DNA of 64,000 nt from Azolla caroliniana (GCA_043228905.1 JBHGNT010000005.1:2108001-2172000); one strand, 5' to 3'. Counted from the stretch's first letter, positions 23,914 through 36,652 are shown. Notes: a model not told the origin generated them from the letters alone. Numbers and translations: made by a program.

Positions 23914-24612
23914 TGTCGTGAAGAAAACCGCCCACAAGAGGAATCGGAGGAACAAGGCGTGGTAAACGGCTCTACACACACACACGAGCGCCAAGAAGTA
24001 CCTAAGGACGAAGTAGGTACATACGAGGATCCTAGGTGGGTAGATCCGGTTGGTATGCAGTTAATGCCAAACGGCCTCTTGACGGGCTATAAAAGGAAGA
24101 GGGAGAATAGAAGTGAGACATCTCGCGCAGGAGAGGACGAAGTGCTGCCGAACCGATTTCGAAGCTCTCTCACTCCTGCTTTCTCTGTCTTCTGCTCCAT
24201 CGCGTACCTGTGCAGGTTTCGAGGAGGCTTGCGCTGTTCCGTGGAACGCCCCGAGTGCGTCCTGCAGCACCTCCGACCTGTTTTCCCCTTTCTGTGCGTC
24301 GCGACATACAGGGGTCGGCATCTGTTCGCCGCCCTGTTCGTCTTCGTTAGTATCTATTTCGTGCCCCACCGTGGGTTGTAATACTTTAGCCTGTTATTTT
24401 CTTGCATTCATAAGTACATATCTCTCGTTGTTGCGTCCATCTGCGTCGGCGTTTATTTGTGATCTCTGTTTGTTGGGCCGTGTCCCTGTGCAATCTTCGG
24501 ATCTGTGTAATCGGGTCTCTCTCTCCTTCTCTCTCTCTCTCTCTTGCTCTTCGGTCCAAGACCCCCGTGGTCCCTCCTCCTTTCTGCACGCAAGGGCGTA
24601 GCAACCCCGACA
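23914..24612 (+). repeat. 3' LTR of A (699 bp)
   Basis: Directly follows PPT aggtgggggcgga (23901-23913). Confidence 0.95.
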
Positions 24613-27600
24613 ACGTTTTATGGGATTTTCACACTATTGTCGAAAATCTTCACGACATCCACCCCCACCAAACCGCACGTCCTCCGGTACGTGCCAAGAA
24701 GAGAAGAAGTGAGATTTCGGCTACGATGATCAATTAGATTCCTCCATGTCTTCATTTTCATCCGGCCTATTATGTTCATCATCGAGGTAATCGAGGTCAG
24801 GATCCTTGTCTTGTCTTTTCTTGAAAAGCTTTACTCTTTTTCCCGCAATGGGTACGGCCAACCTTGATCCGTCTAGTTCCGCAAGGTGGTATGTGGCATT
24901 ATCGTTGGCACTTGTCACCACATACGGCCCGAACCATCTTCTTGCGAACTTCCTTGTTGTACTGTGTTGATTGTCAAGGGTGCTGTCGTAAACCAAAACC
25001 CAATCCCCTTCTTCAATCTTCTTGGGACGAAGTCGATGCGTGTTGTGGAACCAAACTTTGTTCTTTACTCGGGCTGCCTTCATCATCTTTTGCGCTTTTT
25101 CTAAATCTTCAGGTCTTCTTTCAAGTTGCCTTATCCGCGCTGCTAATAACTCTTCTCGGCTCATCTCGTTCTCCCACGGTATCGCTACCCATGAGGCGAT
25201 CGTTCTTTCGATGGGCATAATCGGCTTTTGTCCATACATAAGCTCCGTCGGCATATACCCTGTCACTGAGCTATGTGTCGTTCTATCGGCCCACAAGGCA
25301 TAGGGTAATAGTCGTGGCCAATTCCCGACTCGATTGTTGTATGCCCGTACGATGGATTTAACGATAGGTCCACGCCCTCGCTCGATCTTCCCATTTGCTT
25401 CCGGATTGTAGGCAGTCGTGAGGGAGAGCTTCACACCTAGTCTTTTGAAGAGCTCCGTCGCTTCGTGCGCGTCCAACTCCCCTCGGTCGGCCACTATCTT
25501 CCCTACACATCCATATCGGCAAACAACATCTTCAAGTAGAAATTTGCAAACGGTTGAAGTCGTCTTATTTGTCAAGGCTCGTCCTTCCACTTGATTTGTC
25601 AAGTCTTCCCTTGCCAGCGCTAAGTACTTCATTTGTCCCACTCCCATTGGCATCGAGACCAGATCCACCATCCATTTGAAGTGTATGGTGAGTGGGTATG
25701 TCGGCTTTAACTCATCACGATGACGTATATTTGAATATACTTGGCAAGTTTCGCATGTGGACACGAAATGGAGTACATCTTTGTACATGCTTGGCCACCA
25801 GTACTTCTCCTTCAACTTTTCGAATGTCGCCCATGTTCCTCTATGACCTGCCCAAGCACTCTCGTGGAATTCGGTCATCAGCGTCTCTTGCTCTTCTTTC
25901 TTTACCACCACTCGACGTGGTATTCCTGTCCTTCTTTTTGGATGTCGCCAAAGGAATCCTCCCTTCAAGAAGTATCGATAAGCTTTCTTTCGGATTCGTA
26001 GGGCCTCCTCCTTTGTCAACGAAGCATCTGTCGTCAATGTTCTTAGGAATCTACCGATGAGTAACCATTCTCCTTCGTACTCGTTCTCGTTGAAGGCGTG
26101 GAGGGTTTGCGTGTCCTGGTCTTCCGCCGACAATCGAGCCATCTTGAAGAAGTTGAGGGCGACATCTTCATCTTCCGAAACCATGTTACTTCCATTTGAA
26201 AATCTTGCCCTCGACAGCATGTCAGCCATGGCGTTCTTCTTCCCTGCGATGTGACGGATCTCTGGGTTTAAAGACTTGATGTAGGCGATCCACCTTAGCA
26301 TAGCAAGATTTGGGGTCGCACATCCCGAGACCATTCCGAGAATTGGGAGACAATCTGTCTCTATTATCACTTCTGACCCGATCAAGTAATCTTTGTCCGT
26401 CTTCACTGCCGACACAATACCCCAAAGTTCCCGCTTGACTTGGGCATATCTTTGTTGCCGTTCACTGAGAACCTTTGCTCTGAACCGGACGGCATATCGC
26501 GCATTATCTTCACCTTCTTGATTGATGACCCACCCGATTCCGTTTGGGCTTGTATCTACGGTCACGTAAATTGGTTTCCCTTCGGCATAGTCGGCCTTCC
26601 TTAGTGCCGGAGCTTCAAGAAGCAGTTTCTTTAATCTTCGCATCGCCTCTGTGTGCTCGTCTAGCCATTCGAACTTTATTCTTTTCTTTAGTAGTCCATA
26701 TAACGGTTCGGCGACATGAGCGTAGTGAGGAATCCATATATGATAAAACGCGCACGCTCCAAGGAACCTTCGAACCTTCGTTTGGTTTTCGCATTCTTCT
26801 TTCATGTCTTGGATTGCGTTCACTTTGGATGGCGAGGGCTTCCGGCCGTATGCTCCACACAAGTGACCTACCACCAAGATCTCCGGTTGCCCGAATGCGG
26901 ATTTTTCTCCCGAAAATGTCAAATTCGCATCTTCGAGCCTTTGAAGCACCTTCTCGCAATCTTTCATATGATCCGCAACGAACTTTCTACAACCTTCCAT
27001 ATCTTTCGATTCATCTTTCTCCTCATCCGAACATCCTTTTATCGGAATATCATCCAAGAATGGCATCGTGATGTCCGGAATGCAATCCTTCAAGACTTTA
27101 TTCATGGCATTCACCATATGAGCCACCGAGTTCGTTGCGCCTTGGGGTAAGGTACACATCCGCACAAGCCCGATCGGAGTCCTCATGGTTGTAATGTCCC
27201 GACTGTCGATCGCCAATTGGAATTGGTCATATCCGGAGTAGAGATCGCCAATGGAGTAGATGGACCGGCCGCAAACGCTTCGGCAAATTTGTCCACGCTC
27301 GGACCGATTCCGGCATTTCGAATTGTCACCTTGTTGATGGGTTGAAGATCTTGGATGAATCGCAATGATCCATTCTTCTTCGGCACCGTGAACCACCTAT
27401 TGGTATAAGGAGCATTCGACGTTTCTAGAATTCCCATACTCACCTTCTCCTTTAAGAGCTCGATCAGCTTTGGAAGGTGTGCTCTCGGAACCGGTATCGG
27501 TTTCAAATTCCAAGGCACATGAGGCACCGTGAAGATCACCATCGGCTCTATAACCTTTGGGTCGGCGCATCTGATTTCTCGTGGGAACATTCGCGAAACA

Positions 27601-27864
27601 TTCGCTCCTCTTCAGGGAGAAGGAAATCCTCCTTTCCAACTCGTAGCTTCCCCTTCGTCTCTTTGGTGAAGTCATGACCTATCTTCTTCGGATCTCTTAA
27701 GCTTGGATCGTTAGTGACTTCCTTCATCTTTTGCCAGCTATCTTCCGGTAGCGGAACTGCAACTAGCTTGATCTTCTTATCCACCGTCTTATATTTCGTG
27801 TTGATGTCAGCTTCCTTCATTGAGATGCCACGACGGTATTCATCGATGATAGCGTGTCATGGCA

Positions 27865-27918
27865 AGACTCGAACCCATGACTTTATGCTACATGGGTCGA
27901 GCTCTTACCATTACATTA
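27865..27918 (-). promoter_or_regulatory. tRNA-like A-box/B-box cassette at the U3 end of the C LTR (second copy 33112-33165)
   Basis: Minus strand TAAT(G/C)TAATGGTAAG...GGTTCGAGTCT with tRNA spacing. Confidence 0.55.
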
Positions 27919-28364
27919 TGAATTGTATTTTGTAGGATATTATTTTCATTTATACTTTATCATAGAAAATTGATGTATATTCCAGATCTCTCTGGAACAT
28001 TCTAGAAGCTTCAGGATTATTCCTAAAAACACTATAAAAGGAGGCACAAGGCATTGTTTTGAACCAAATTGGTTCAACGCCAGTCTTAAGCCTCTTAGCC
28101 GCTTGTACTTATCTTTTCACATAATATATAGTTGTTGTCATCATCTCTCTCTCTCTCTCTCATTCTCGCTATCTCTCTCTCTCTCCTCTTCTCACTTCCT
28201 CTCTCGGGAATCTTACGCAGTCCCGTCCTCTTAGTACTAATAGTACTGCTGTTCTTAGTACTAATTCCATCTCTGTTTTAGTACTATTCCTGACAGTTTG
28301 AACCAATTTCTTCCTCTAGCCTACTTGTCACTCTCCCTCATCCTCCTACCCTTTTCTCTATACT

Positions 28365-29521
28365 ATGGCTACGGTTAGCGCCCAAGAATACCAATCCGTT
28401 TTCTCTGAGCTACAGTGCCTAAAAGAAAAGTTTGTTGCCCTGGAACAAGAAAACCAACGGTTGATAGGGGATCTGCAACAAATCGCTCTGGAAAAACAAC
28501 AAACGCAACAACAACATGGGGAGTTAGCGTTACGGGTACAACAACTCGAAGCAGCGTTGCAACAACAAGGATCCAGTCCCCAAGGATTTCATAAAGAGCC
28601 CAAGATTGGACTTCCTGTGAAATTTGATGGAACGCGTTCGCAATTCCGGGGATTCCTTAATCAGGTACGCTTAGTCATCCAGATGCATCCTTCCTGATAT
28701 CCCACTGATGCATCTCGAGTCGGCCTAATAGGCACGCTACTTAGCGGTTCAGCCTTGGCATGGTTTGCTCCGCTTCTAGAAAAACAATCACCCTTACTTA
28801 ATAACTTTGAAGATTTTATTGGTGAGTTTAAAGCCTGCTTTGGAGACACCGACAGCATCAGGACGGCGATCAACAAGATCCGGCGATTGCGTCAAGGCGA
28901 TCGTCCAGCCTCTGCCTACGCGGCGGATTTCCGCCTACTTGCTTCAGATATACCCTGGGATGATCAAGCACTAATGGAGCAGTTTCGCTATGGCTTGCGA
29001 AACGATGTCAAAGATCTACTTCTAACTTTCCCCGAAGAACCAAAGTCTCTTACGGAGGCAATCAGTCGAGCAGTTCGATGTGACAACCGCCTTTTTGAAC
29101 GGCGTTCAGAACGTCAATTACAGATACCACGCTCTAGGCCAGAGCCCACTTACGCCGCAGTCGCGGCTAAACCGTTTGCACGAGACATACCTCAAGCAAA
29201 TACTTCGACACCGATGGAGATCGATACCATGCGTCGACGCGGCCCGTTATCGGAAGAAGAAAAGCAACGACGATGTGCCAATCGATTATGTCTTTATTGC
29301 GGTGGACCAGGACATATCGCCATCAATTGTCCCCATAGGACAAGAAGACAGGTAATCAAATCGTCGCCTGTACTAAACCCGAGTCAATTCTTCCCTTCGG
29401 AGTGTCTGATAGTATTAATAGTACTAATAGAGTGTCAGATAGTATTCATAGTACTAATAGCCCAAGTATCTCAAATAAATTTGAAATCCTTAGTCAATTA
29501 GATGAAGAGTTAAACGATTGA
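28365..29521 (+). pseudogene. gag: gag of C (premature TGA at 28695; apparent 1-bp deletion near 29353)
   Basis: KEPKIGLPVKFDG, capsid-like LRQGDRPASAYAADF and QFRYGL, and CCHC CLYCGGPGHIAINC. The reconstructed frame ends EELND-TGA. Confidence 0.85.
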
Positions 29522-32500
29522 GTCCAGCCAAAATAGGAGCCATTTGGTTGGACAGCAGCCCTAGATCTGTACAGCCCATTAGTGGTTCCATTCCTTCCAA
29601 GCAAGTTAGCAATGTGTTCCTAGCCCAAGTCATTGTTAGTACTAAAAGTACTCCCCCAGTACCCGTCCTAGCACTTTTAGATTCCGGAGCTAATTCCTGT
29701 TTCATGGATCGAAATTTTGCCCAAGCTTCTCAGATATCCTTAAGAAAACTTCCTTGTCCCGCATCTGTAGTGGTCATTGATGGTCGTCCCATTGCTTCCG
29801 GGAATATTGTAGAAGAATCAGAACCCATTCAAGTTGTCCTAGGTAGTTTTGTGTGTATAATATCATTTAATATAATTAGTAGTCCAGAGCATCCCATTGT
29901 CCTAGGATTACCTTGGCTTGAATTACATAATCCAGCCATAGATTGGAGAACAAGAGAAGTCCGATATCGACCACCCCAAGAAGCAACTCACCGAGTTTCG
30001 ACCATTTCACTCCATCAACTACGCGAAGAAGGACCCAAGGAGGCAATGTTCCTATTTGCCATATCAGTACATCCTTCTAGCACTATTAAGAAGGACTCCT
30101 CAATACAACTTCCGGCAAAATATCATCCTTATGCCGATGTATTTGACAAGGTAAAAGCCGGTACCCTTCCTCATCACCGTCCCTATGACTGTCCCATCGA
30201 TTTACAACCAGGAACCGAGCCACCATGGGGACCAATTTACAACTTGTCACCCACCGAGTTAGAAGTCCTTCGAGCCTACATAGAGGAGAACTTGGCAAGC
30301 GGGTTCATCCGTCATTCGAAATCTCCGGCCGGTGCACCCATCTTCTTTGTCAAGAAGAAAGATGGCTCACTTCGTCTTGTCGTTGATTACCGCGGATTGA
30401 ATAAAGTCACCATCCGGAATAGGTATGCACTTCCTCTTATATCAAGTCTTTTAGAGCGAGTTAATGGTGCCAAGTTTTTCACTAAAATCGACCTACGAGG
30501 AGCGTATAATCTCGTGCGGATCCGACCGGGAGATGAGTGGAAGACCGCTTTTCGCACGCGGTATGGGCATTTCGAGTATACTGTTATGCCGTTTGGCCTA
30601 ACCAATGCACCCGCAGTCTTCCAACACATGGCAAATGATATATTCAGAGACCTCTTGGATATCTGTTTGATCATTTATCTGGATGATCTGTTGATTTATT
30701 CGAAGACCCAGGAAGAGCACGATTCTCATGTACTATTAGTACTAAAGCGACTCCGCGAGAATGGTCTTTATGCCAAGCTAGAGAAATGTAGCTTTGACTG
30801 CAAGCAAGTGGAATTTCTAGGCTACGTCATCTCCTCAAAGGGCATCGCCATGGATCCAGCTAAAATCCAAACTGTACTAGAGTGGCAAATTCCACGGTCG
30901 GTACGAGATGTACAATGTTTTCTAGGCTTTGCTAACTTCTACCGTAAGTTTATACAGGATTACTCGAAGATTATTTTACCTCTCACACAACTTACGAAGA
31001 AGGGCCAAGCATTTCTTTGGTCCATCGAAGCAGATATGGCTTTTCGGCATCTTAAGAAAGCCTTTACATCAGCACCGATTCTAGCTCATGTGGATACAAG
31101 CAAACCATTCATCATGGAGGCCGGCGCATCAGATTTCGCCCTCAGTAGCATCCTTTCTCAACAAGGCGATAAAGAAGAGTTGCATCCGGTGGCTTTCCAT
31201 TCGCGCAAATTCAATGTCGCAGAAATCAACTACGAAATACATGACAAGGAGTTATTAGCCATCGTGGATTCATTTGTACAATGGCGGCATTTCTTAGAGG
31301 GCTCTCCACATCAGGTCATTGTCTTTAGCGATCATAAAAATCTTGCTTATTTTCAGAACGCTCGCGTACTAAATCGACGACAAGCTCGGTGGGCGCAATT
31401 CCTCACGCGTTTCAACTTCGAAATCACATATCGACCGGGGAAGCAGCAAGGAAAAGCAGATGCACTATCACGGCGTTCATATCTTGCACCTCGTCCTGGT
31501 GACGCAACATTTGATAATCAAAAGCAAGTAATCTTGGGACCAACACGATTGCACACGACGCGGATTTTTCACACCCCGATGGATTCACGGATTACCGATG
31601 ACATACGTGCAACCTTGAAGACGGATAGTTTTGCTCAAGACATCCTGGCGCACATTGATACTTCTCGGGCATCCTGTTCTCAGTCTCAACAACCAGGTAT
31701 TGACTACCGACAATTCGAATATCATGATGGTTTGTTATTCTTTAAAAGGCGCGTATATGTCCCCGATTGCTCCTGTCGCCTTCAAATCGTCCAACATTGT
31801 CACGACACCCATACGGCGGGACATTTCGGTAGTACCAAGACGTTGGAGTTAGTGCAGCGATCTTTTTGGTGGCCCCACATGCGCCGTTTTGTCGACGACT
31901 ACGTTCGGACCTGTGATGCTTGCTGCCGAGCAAAGATGCCACGACACCATCCATATGGTTTGTTGGAACCTTTACCAATTCCAAGTAAGCCATGGCAGTC
32001 TATTTGTCTTGATTTTATTACAGATCTGCTGGTCTCGAAGGGGTTCGATGCTATCCTAACCGTCGTCGATCGATATACGAAGATGGCACATTTTGTGCCA
32101 TGTACTAAAGCCATCACTAGCGAGGAAACCGCCGCTCTTGTTATGCGTGAGGTATTTCGACATCATGGCCTACTAGACAGTATTATCAGTGACTGAGGCC
32201 CGCAATTTGTCTCCAAATTTTGGCAGCATCTCTTCAGGATGCTCAAGGTCTCCTGCAACCTCTCCTCCGGCTACCATCCTCAAACTGACGGACAGGCGGA
32301 ACGAACAAACCAAACGTTGGAGCAATATCTCCGGTGTTTCCTGAGTTATCAACAGGACGATTGGGCCGAGATTCTCCACTTTGCGGAGTTTGCGTATAAT
32401 AATGCTATTCACTCCTCGACTCGGGTCTCCCCATTTCTCGCTTATACCGGTTTCCATCCTCGCTGGTCGGTGATCGACACTCCGGAGCTACCTACCAACC

Positions 32501-33090
32501 CTCGTGCCGAGGACCATTTGGAGAGGCTACGCAAGATCCAGATGGATCTCTCTACTCACCTTCGTCATGCTCAACACACACAGAAGACTTATGCGGATCG
32601 TCATCGGATTCCCTCCTCTTTTGCCATCGGAGATCGAGTATGGCTCTTACGTCGTCACATCAAGACTACTCGACCGTGCGACAAGTTGGATTATCGACGA
32701 CTCGGTCCTTTCCGTATTACGGGGAAGATTAATGATGTCACCTTCCGCCTGGATCTCCCTCCGCAGCTTCAGATACATCCGGTTTTCCATTGTTCTCTTC
32801 TTGAACCTTATAAAGCAAACACCATTCCCGATCGTGTGACACCACCGCCGCCACCGCTGGAGTTGGACGCCGGCCCGGAGTATGAAGTTGCTGCCATCCT
32901 CGATTCCAAACTTGTTCGCAACAAACTTTATTACTTGGTCGATTGGCTCGGTTATAGTCCGAGCGAACGTACTTGGGAACCCGTCGAGAATGTTGCCAAT
33001 GCACAAGATCTTCTTGCTGATTTCCACCGGAAGTATCCGGACAAACCCGGTCCGCAATTAGCGCCGACTCGTTCCACTCGTCGTCTTTAA
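29518..33090 (+). pseudogene. pol: PR-RT-RNase H-integrase-chromodomain pol of C (one in-frame TGA at 32194)
   Basis: LLDSGA, YLDD, INYEIHDKELLA, HHCC, ISD*GPQF and EYEVAAILDS..YYLVDWLGY..TWEP. Confidence 0.93.
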
Positions 33091-33871
33091 GGGGGAGATA
33101 GTGTCATGGCAAGACTCGAACCCATGACTTTATGCTACATGGGTCGAGCTCTTACCATTAGATTATGAATTGTATTTTGTAGGATATTATTTTCATTTAT
33201 ACTTTATCATAGAAAATTGATGTATATTCCAGATCTCTCTGGAACATTCTAGAAGCTTCAGGATTATTCCTAAAAACACTATAAAAGGAGGCACAAGGCA
33301 TTGTTTTGAACCAAATTGGTTCAACGCCAGTCTTAAGCCTCTTAGCCGCTTGTACTTATCTTTTCACATAATATATAGCTGCTGTCATCATCTCTCTCTC
33401 TCTCATTCTCGCTATCTCTCTCTCTCTCCTCTTCTCACTTCCTCTCTCGGGAATCTTACGCAGTCCCGTCCTCTTAGTACTAATAGTACTGCTGTTCTTA
33501 GTACTAATTCCATCTCTGTTTTAGTACTATTCCTGACATAGCGTACATGTTGACGGAGTTAACCGAAATCACGCGTTGGTTGTGAAGATAGCTCAAGTCC
33601 ACGACGTCCTCGATTTCGCCGATGGTGTCGTTAAATGAGGCTTCTTCCATAATATGAGTCACGAACTCTCCTTCTTCTATTATATTCTCTTCTTTCAGCA
33701 TCTTCTCGAATTCTTGTATCCGGCGCTTGTGCTTCTTGTCGGGTAGTACTAGTTTACATGCGCCACTAGGTGTGACACATGTTGCTTCTCCTTGCAATCC
33801 ACGCGCTCTTCTTTCTTATGGGGTCTTGTGATTGCTCGGACTATTTGTGCCCCATGCTTCAATAGTCCGCT

Positions 33872-36077
33872 CTAAAAATCCGAGGATTCGCCTCCGAGAC
33901 TATCTTGATTCCTTTCATGATTGGCTCACACTGTTAGGAATTGGACCGATCTTTGGTTATCAAGACTCTTTATTCGTGCGAAGGCTGCTCCATTATCGAA
34001 CACTTTGGTCTCCATCCGAGATGATGTGATATAAGGTTGCCCTAGGATGACAGGATGCGACGCTGATTCTTGTACGAAGAAGTGTTGATCCATCTCCACA
34101 TCCCCGATCGTGACTTTGACATTGGGACAAGCTCCGTACAAATCCTCCGTAGACTTTGTTGCCGCGCGAATCTTCCATCCGTGGTTTGTATTGATTGGCC
34201 ATCTTCCTTTTTTGTAGAAGTCGGTTGACATGAGGTTGATCTCCGAGACGTGGTCGATCAAGGCTACCACGGTCTCTTTCTTCTCCCCGATCTTCACCGG
34301 CATCTCCGTTGTCGCTCGTGCCCAATGAGGTCGAGTGTAGTGGCTGTCCACCATATCTTCATCGATTTCGTCTCTTGCCATCGTTATGGCATTCATTTTT
34401 GCTTTTTGCGGCTTCTCTTCTTCCTCGTCCGATTGTTGTCTCTTTCTCTTTACAAGGTCCACGATCGTGTCGTGGAACTCCTTCTTCGTAATGCCAAGCA
34501 ATTCCCTCAAGGACAAAGTTACGTGGCTATCAAGAACTCGTTCTTCGAGAATCTTCTTTAGGTCCGTCGTCTGCTCTATGTCCGACCTTAGCTTATAGGT
34601 AGGTATAGTCCTTGTCCTCCGAGTGGGGTCTTCGACACCAACCTTCACGGGCCGGACCGTTTCTTCAACTCGTATGCTTGGCTCCCCTTTTTGGCTTGAT
34701 TCTCGTTCCTCCGTTTGTAAAGGTCGACTTGTCTCCGTATCGTCCTTCTTTTTCGCGTTCCTTGTTTCATGTCTTTTTGATGGGCCTTGCTCTTCTATTC
34801 TCTTTCTCTTTTCTTCGACGAACACCTCGTGGTTGTCGCACATCACCTCTGCGAGTATGGTGTTGTCGTCCACCGGATCCGACCACCCGGTTATGCTTTG
34901 CACGTTTCGGTCTGCAAGCTCTACCTCGTTCGATGTGACTTTTCCCTTCTTCTCATATTCGAGAATGGAAGTCCAAAACTTTGCTCCCGCTCTAGCAGCT
35001 TCAGTCTTGTCTTTCCCAACTCTTATTCCGGCCGACGTAGCATAGTGCATCGCATCCACATGAGTCGCATCGGCATCCTCCATAGATTTCTTCATTCCTC
35101 CTCTTCCGAAATTCACCCGTAGGGGTTCTTCTAGTCTCGCTTGAGCAGATCATGTTGTCCTCTATGTATACGATATTTTGTCGAATCGCCTCTCGAAGGC
35201 TCGCACAATCCCTTCTCATGTGGTCCATGCTATCGCACCACACACATCTAAAGGGTTCTTTTCCTTTAGGGCCCCGACGATTCATGTTGGCTAGCGTGAC
35301 CTTCTCGAACTTCTTCGCTAGCTCTTCAATGATGTTGTCATCAATCTTCTTTTCTTCCACGTTACTTTGTCTCAGCGGCTCAACTACTTTCGGCGGTCTT
35401 GCTTTCTCCGTGGTAGTCGGTCCCGTCAAGTCGGTGTCATCAACCCATTGGCGACGCTTGTCGAGCGTATTGCATGCCCGCTTCACCGCGATCCAGTCCG
35501 CTACGAGCCCATTTGCTTGGGTATCATCGTCGAGAAGAGTCCCCAACTCCCGTCTATCCTTTATGTCCACGGCCTTCAAGAAGTACAAAGTCTTGTCCTC
35601 TTCAAGCAACACTTGGTCCGTATTGGGGAGACGACTAAACATCTGGTCGAATTCGTCGTACACCCTCGAGACGCTCATCTTCTTATTCTTCTTCTCTATC
35701 CACTTCATCAGGGCATGTCGAGTCATCCTCGTTGAGTCTTCAGTCACGAACTCCGCTAGTATCATTTTCTCGAACTCGGACCATGTTGTCTTACCTTCTT
35801 GAAGCTCGATGACGCGTCTTTGGATGTTGTTGGCGACAACTCTCTTGAAGCTTGCGATTTGACGTGCCTCGGACACGTCCCTCTGATTCATCTCCCTTCT
35901 ATATGCATCAAGGAACTTCGTAACGTTCCTTCCATCGAATTGGCCCTCGAGCTCTACGACACGATCGACAGCCTTCTCCACGCTTGCGTCGTTGTCCCGA
36001 GATCTCATCATTTGCTCGACGATTAGCATCATCCTTTCGAGCTCTCCTGCTTGGTTGCTTGAGGACGTCATCTCCAA
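33872..36077 (-). pseudogene. gag: gag-protease of B (frameshift ~35120, stop at 33926)
   Basis: CVWCDSMDHMRRDC knuckle and ALIDHVSEINL protease. Ends SDF-TAG at the GGATTTTTAG site. Confidence 0.9.
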
Positions 36078-36540
36078 GTATTAATCTCGAATTGATCCTT
36101 CCTACCGCCTCTTTCACGTCGGGTTCACCACTTAATTATGTCGTGAAGATCCGTCACTACGCACGGATCGTGAGGTGGAACCGCCGGGGTTCTGGACCAG
36201 AAGGATTTAGAGTCGATACAAGCTTTGGCGAGAAAGTACTTAAGATAGATTGGGAAAGAGAGAAGTTTGAGATTACACGATTGATTTGATAACGAATTTC
36301 TTCCTCTTAATTTTCATAAAAAAAGCTGTGTCTTTTCTCCTCCCCCTTCCCTCTTTTATAGATGCTCTCATGCATATGATGCATGTGAGGGTACAAGACA
36401 TGCATAAATTGCATGTTTGCCATTTGGCGCTTATGTATTACATGTGGTGCATGATAACCATGCCACTCATTTTAGCTCTCATGTATGAGAATTTACATGT
36501 AAAAGTACGATGATAGAAATATAATTTCAACTAAATAGCA

Positions 36541-36594
36541 TGGCTTAATGGTAAGCCAATTGACTCCTAACTTGGAGGTGCAAGGTTCGAATCC
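36541..36594 (+). promoter_or_regulatory. tRNA-like Pol III A-box/B-box cassette in the 5' LTR U3 of B
   Basis: A box TGGCTTAATGG with D stem GCTT/AAGC, a CTCCTAA anticodon-like loop, and a consensus B box GGTTCGAATCC in a T arm AAGG/CCTT. The acceptor stem does not pair. Confidence 0.75.
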
Positions 36595-36652
36595 TTACTT
36601 GCCCTCCTTGTATATGTAAATATGTATATATATTTATATATTTATTTATCTA

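Larger units (their letters stand above)
17383..24612 (+). mobile_element. Element A: intact, very young Trp-primed non-chromoviral Ty3/Gypsy
   Basis: TSD ACGT at 17379-17382 and 24613-24616; the empty site is visible in the other B LTR at 37130-37133. Two 699-bp LTRs, open gag-PR and pol frames, PBS and PPT are all present. Confidence 0.97.
27855..33538 (+). mobile_element. Element C: full-length Tcn1-like chromovirus; LTRs 27855-28295 and 33102-33538
   Basis: 5-bp TSD TAGCG at 27850-27854 and 33539-33543. TGTCA..TGACA ends, PPT gggggagata at 33091-33100, no tRNA PBS. The LTRs differ by about 3 substitutions and 4 bp of (TC)n. Confidence 0.96.
24730..33880 (-). pseudogene. pol: pol of element B (frameshifted, split by C at 27850-33543)
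   Basis: ORFs 24730-27396, 27183-27590, 27548-27820 and 33504-33797 are collinear homologues of A pol. Confidence 0.9.

Noticed and set aside
33817-33855. A-U versus G-C covariation at the outer pair of pseudoknot stem 2 in B
   Set aside because: The U involved creates a TAA stop in the pol frame and is probably a decay mutation, so only stem 1 covariation was counted.
36534-36607. Functional tRNA-Arg(CCT) gene
   Set aside because: The acceptor and anticodon stems do not pair; kept only as a tRNA-like promoter cassette.
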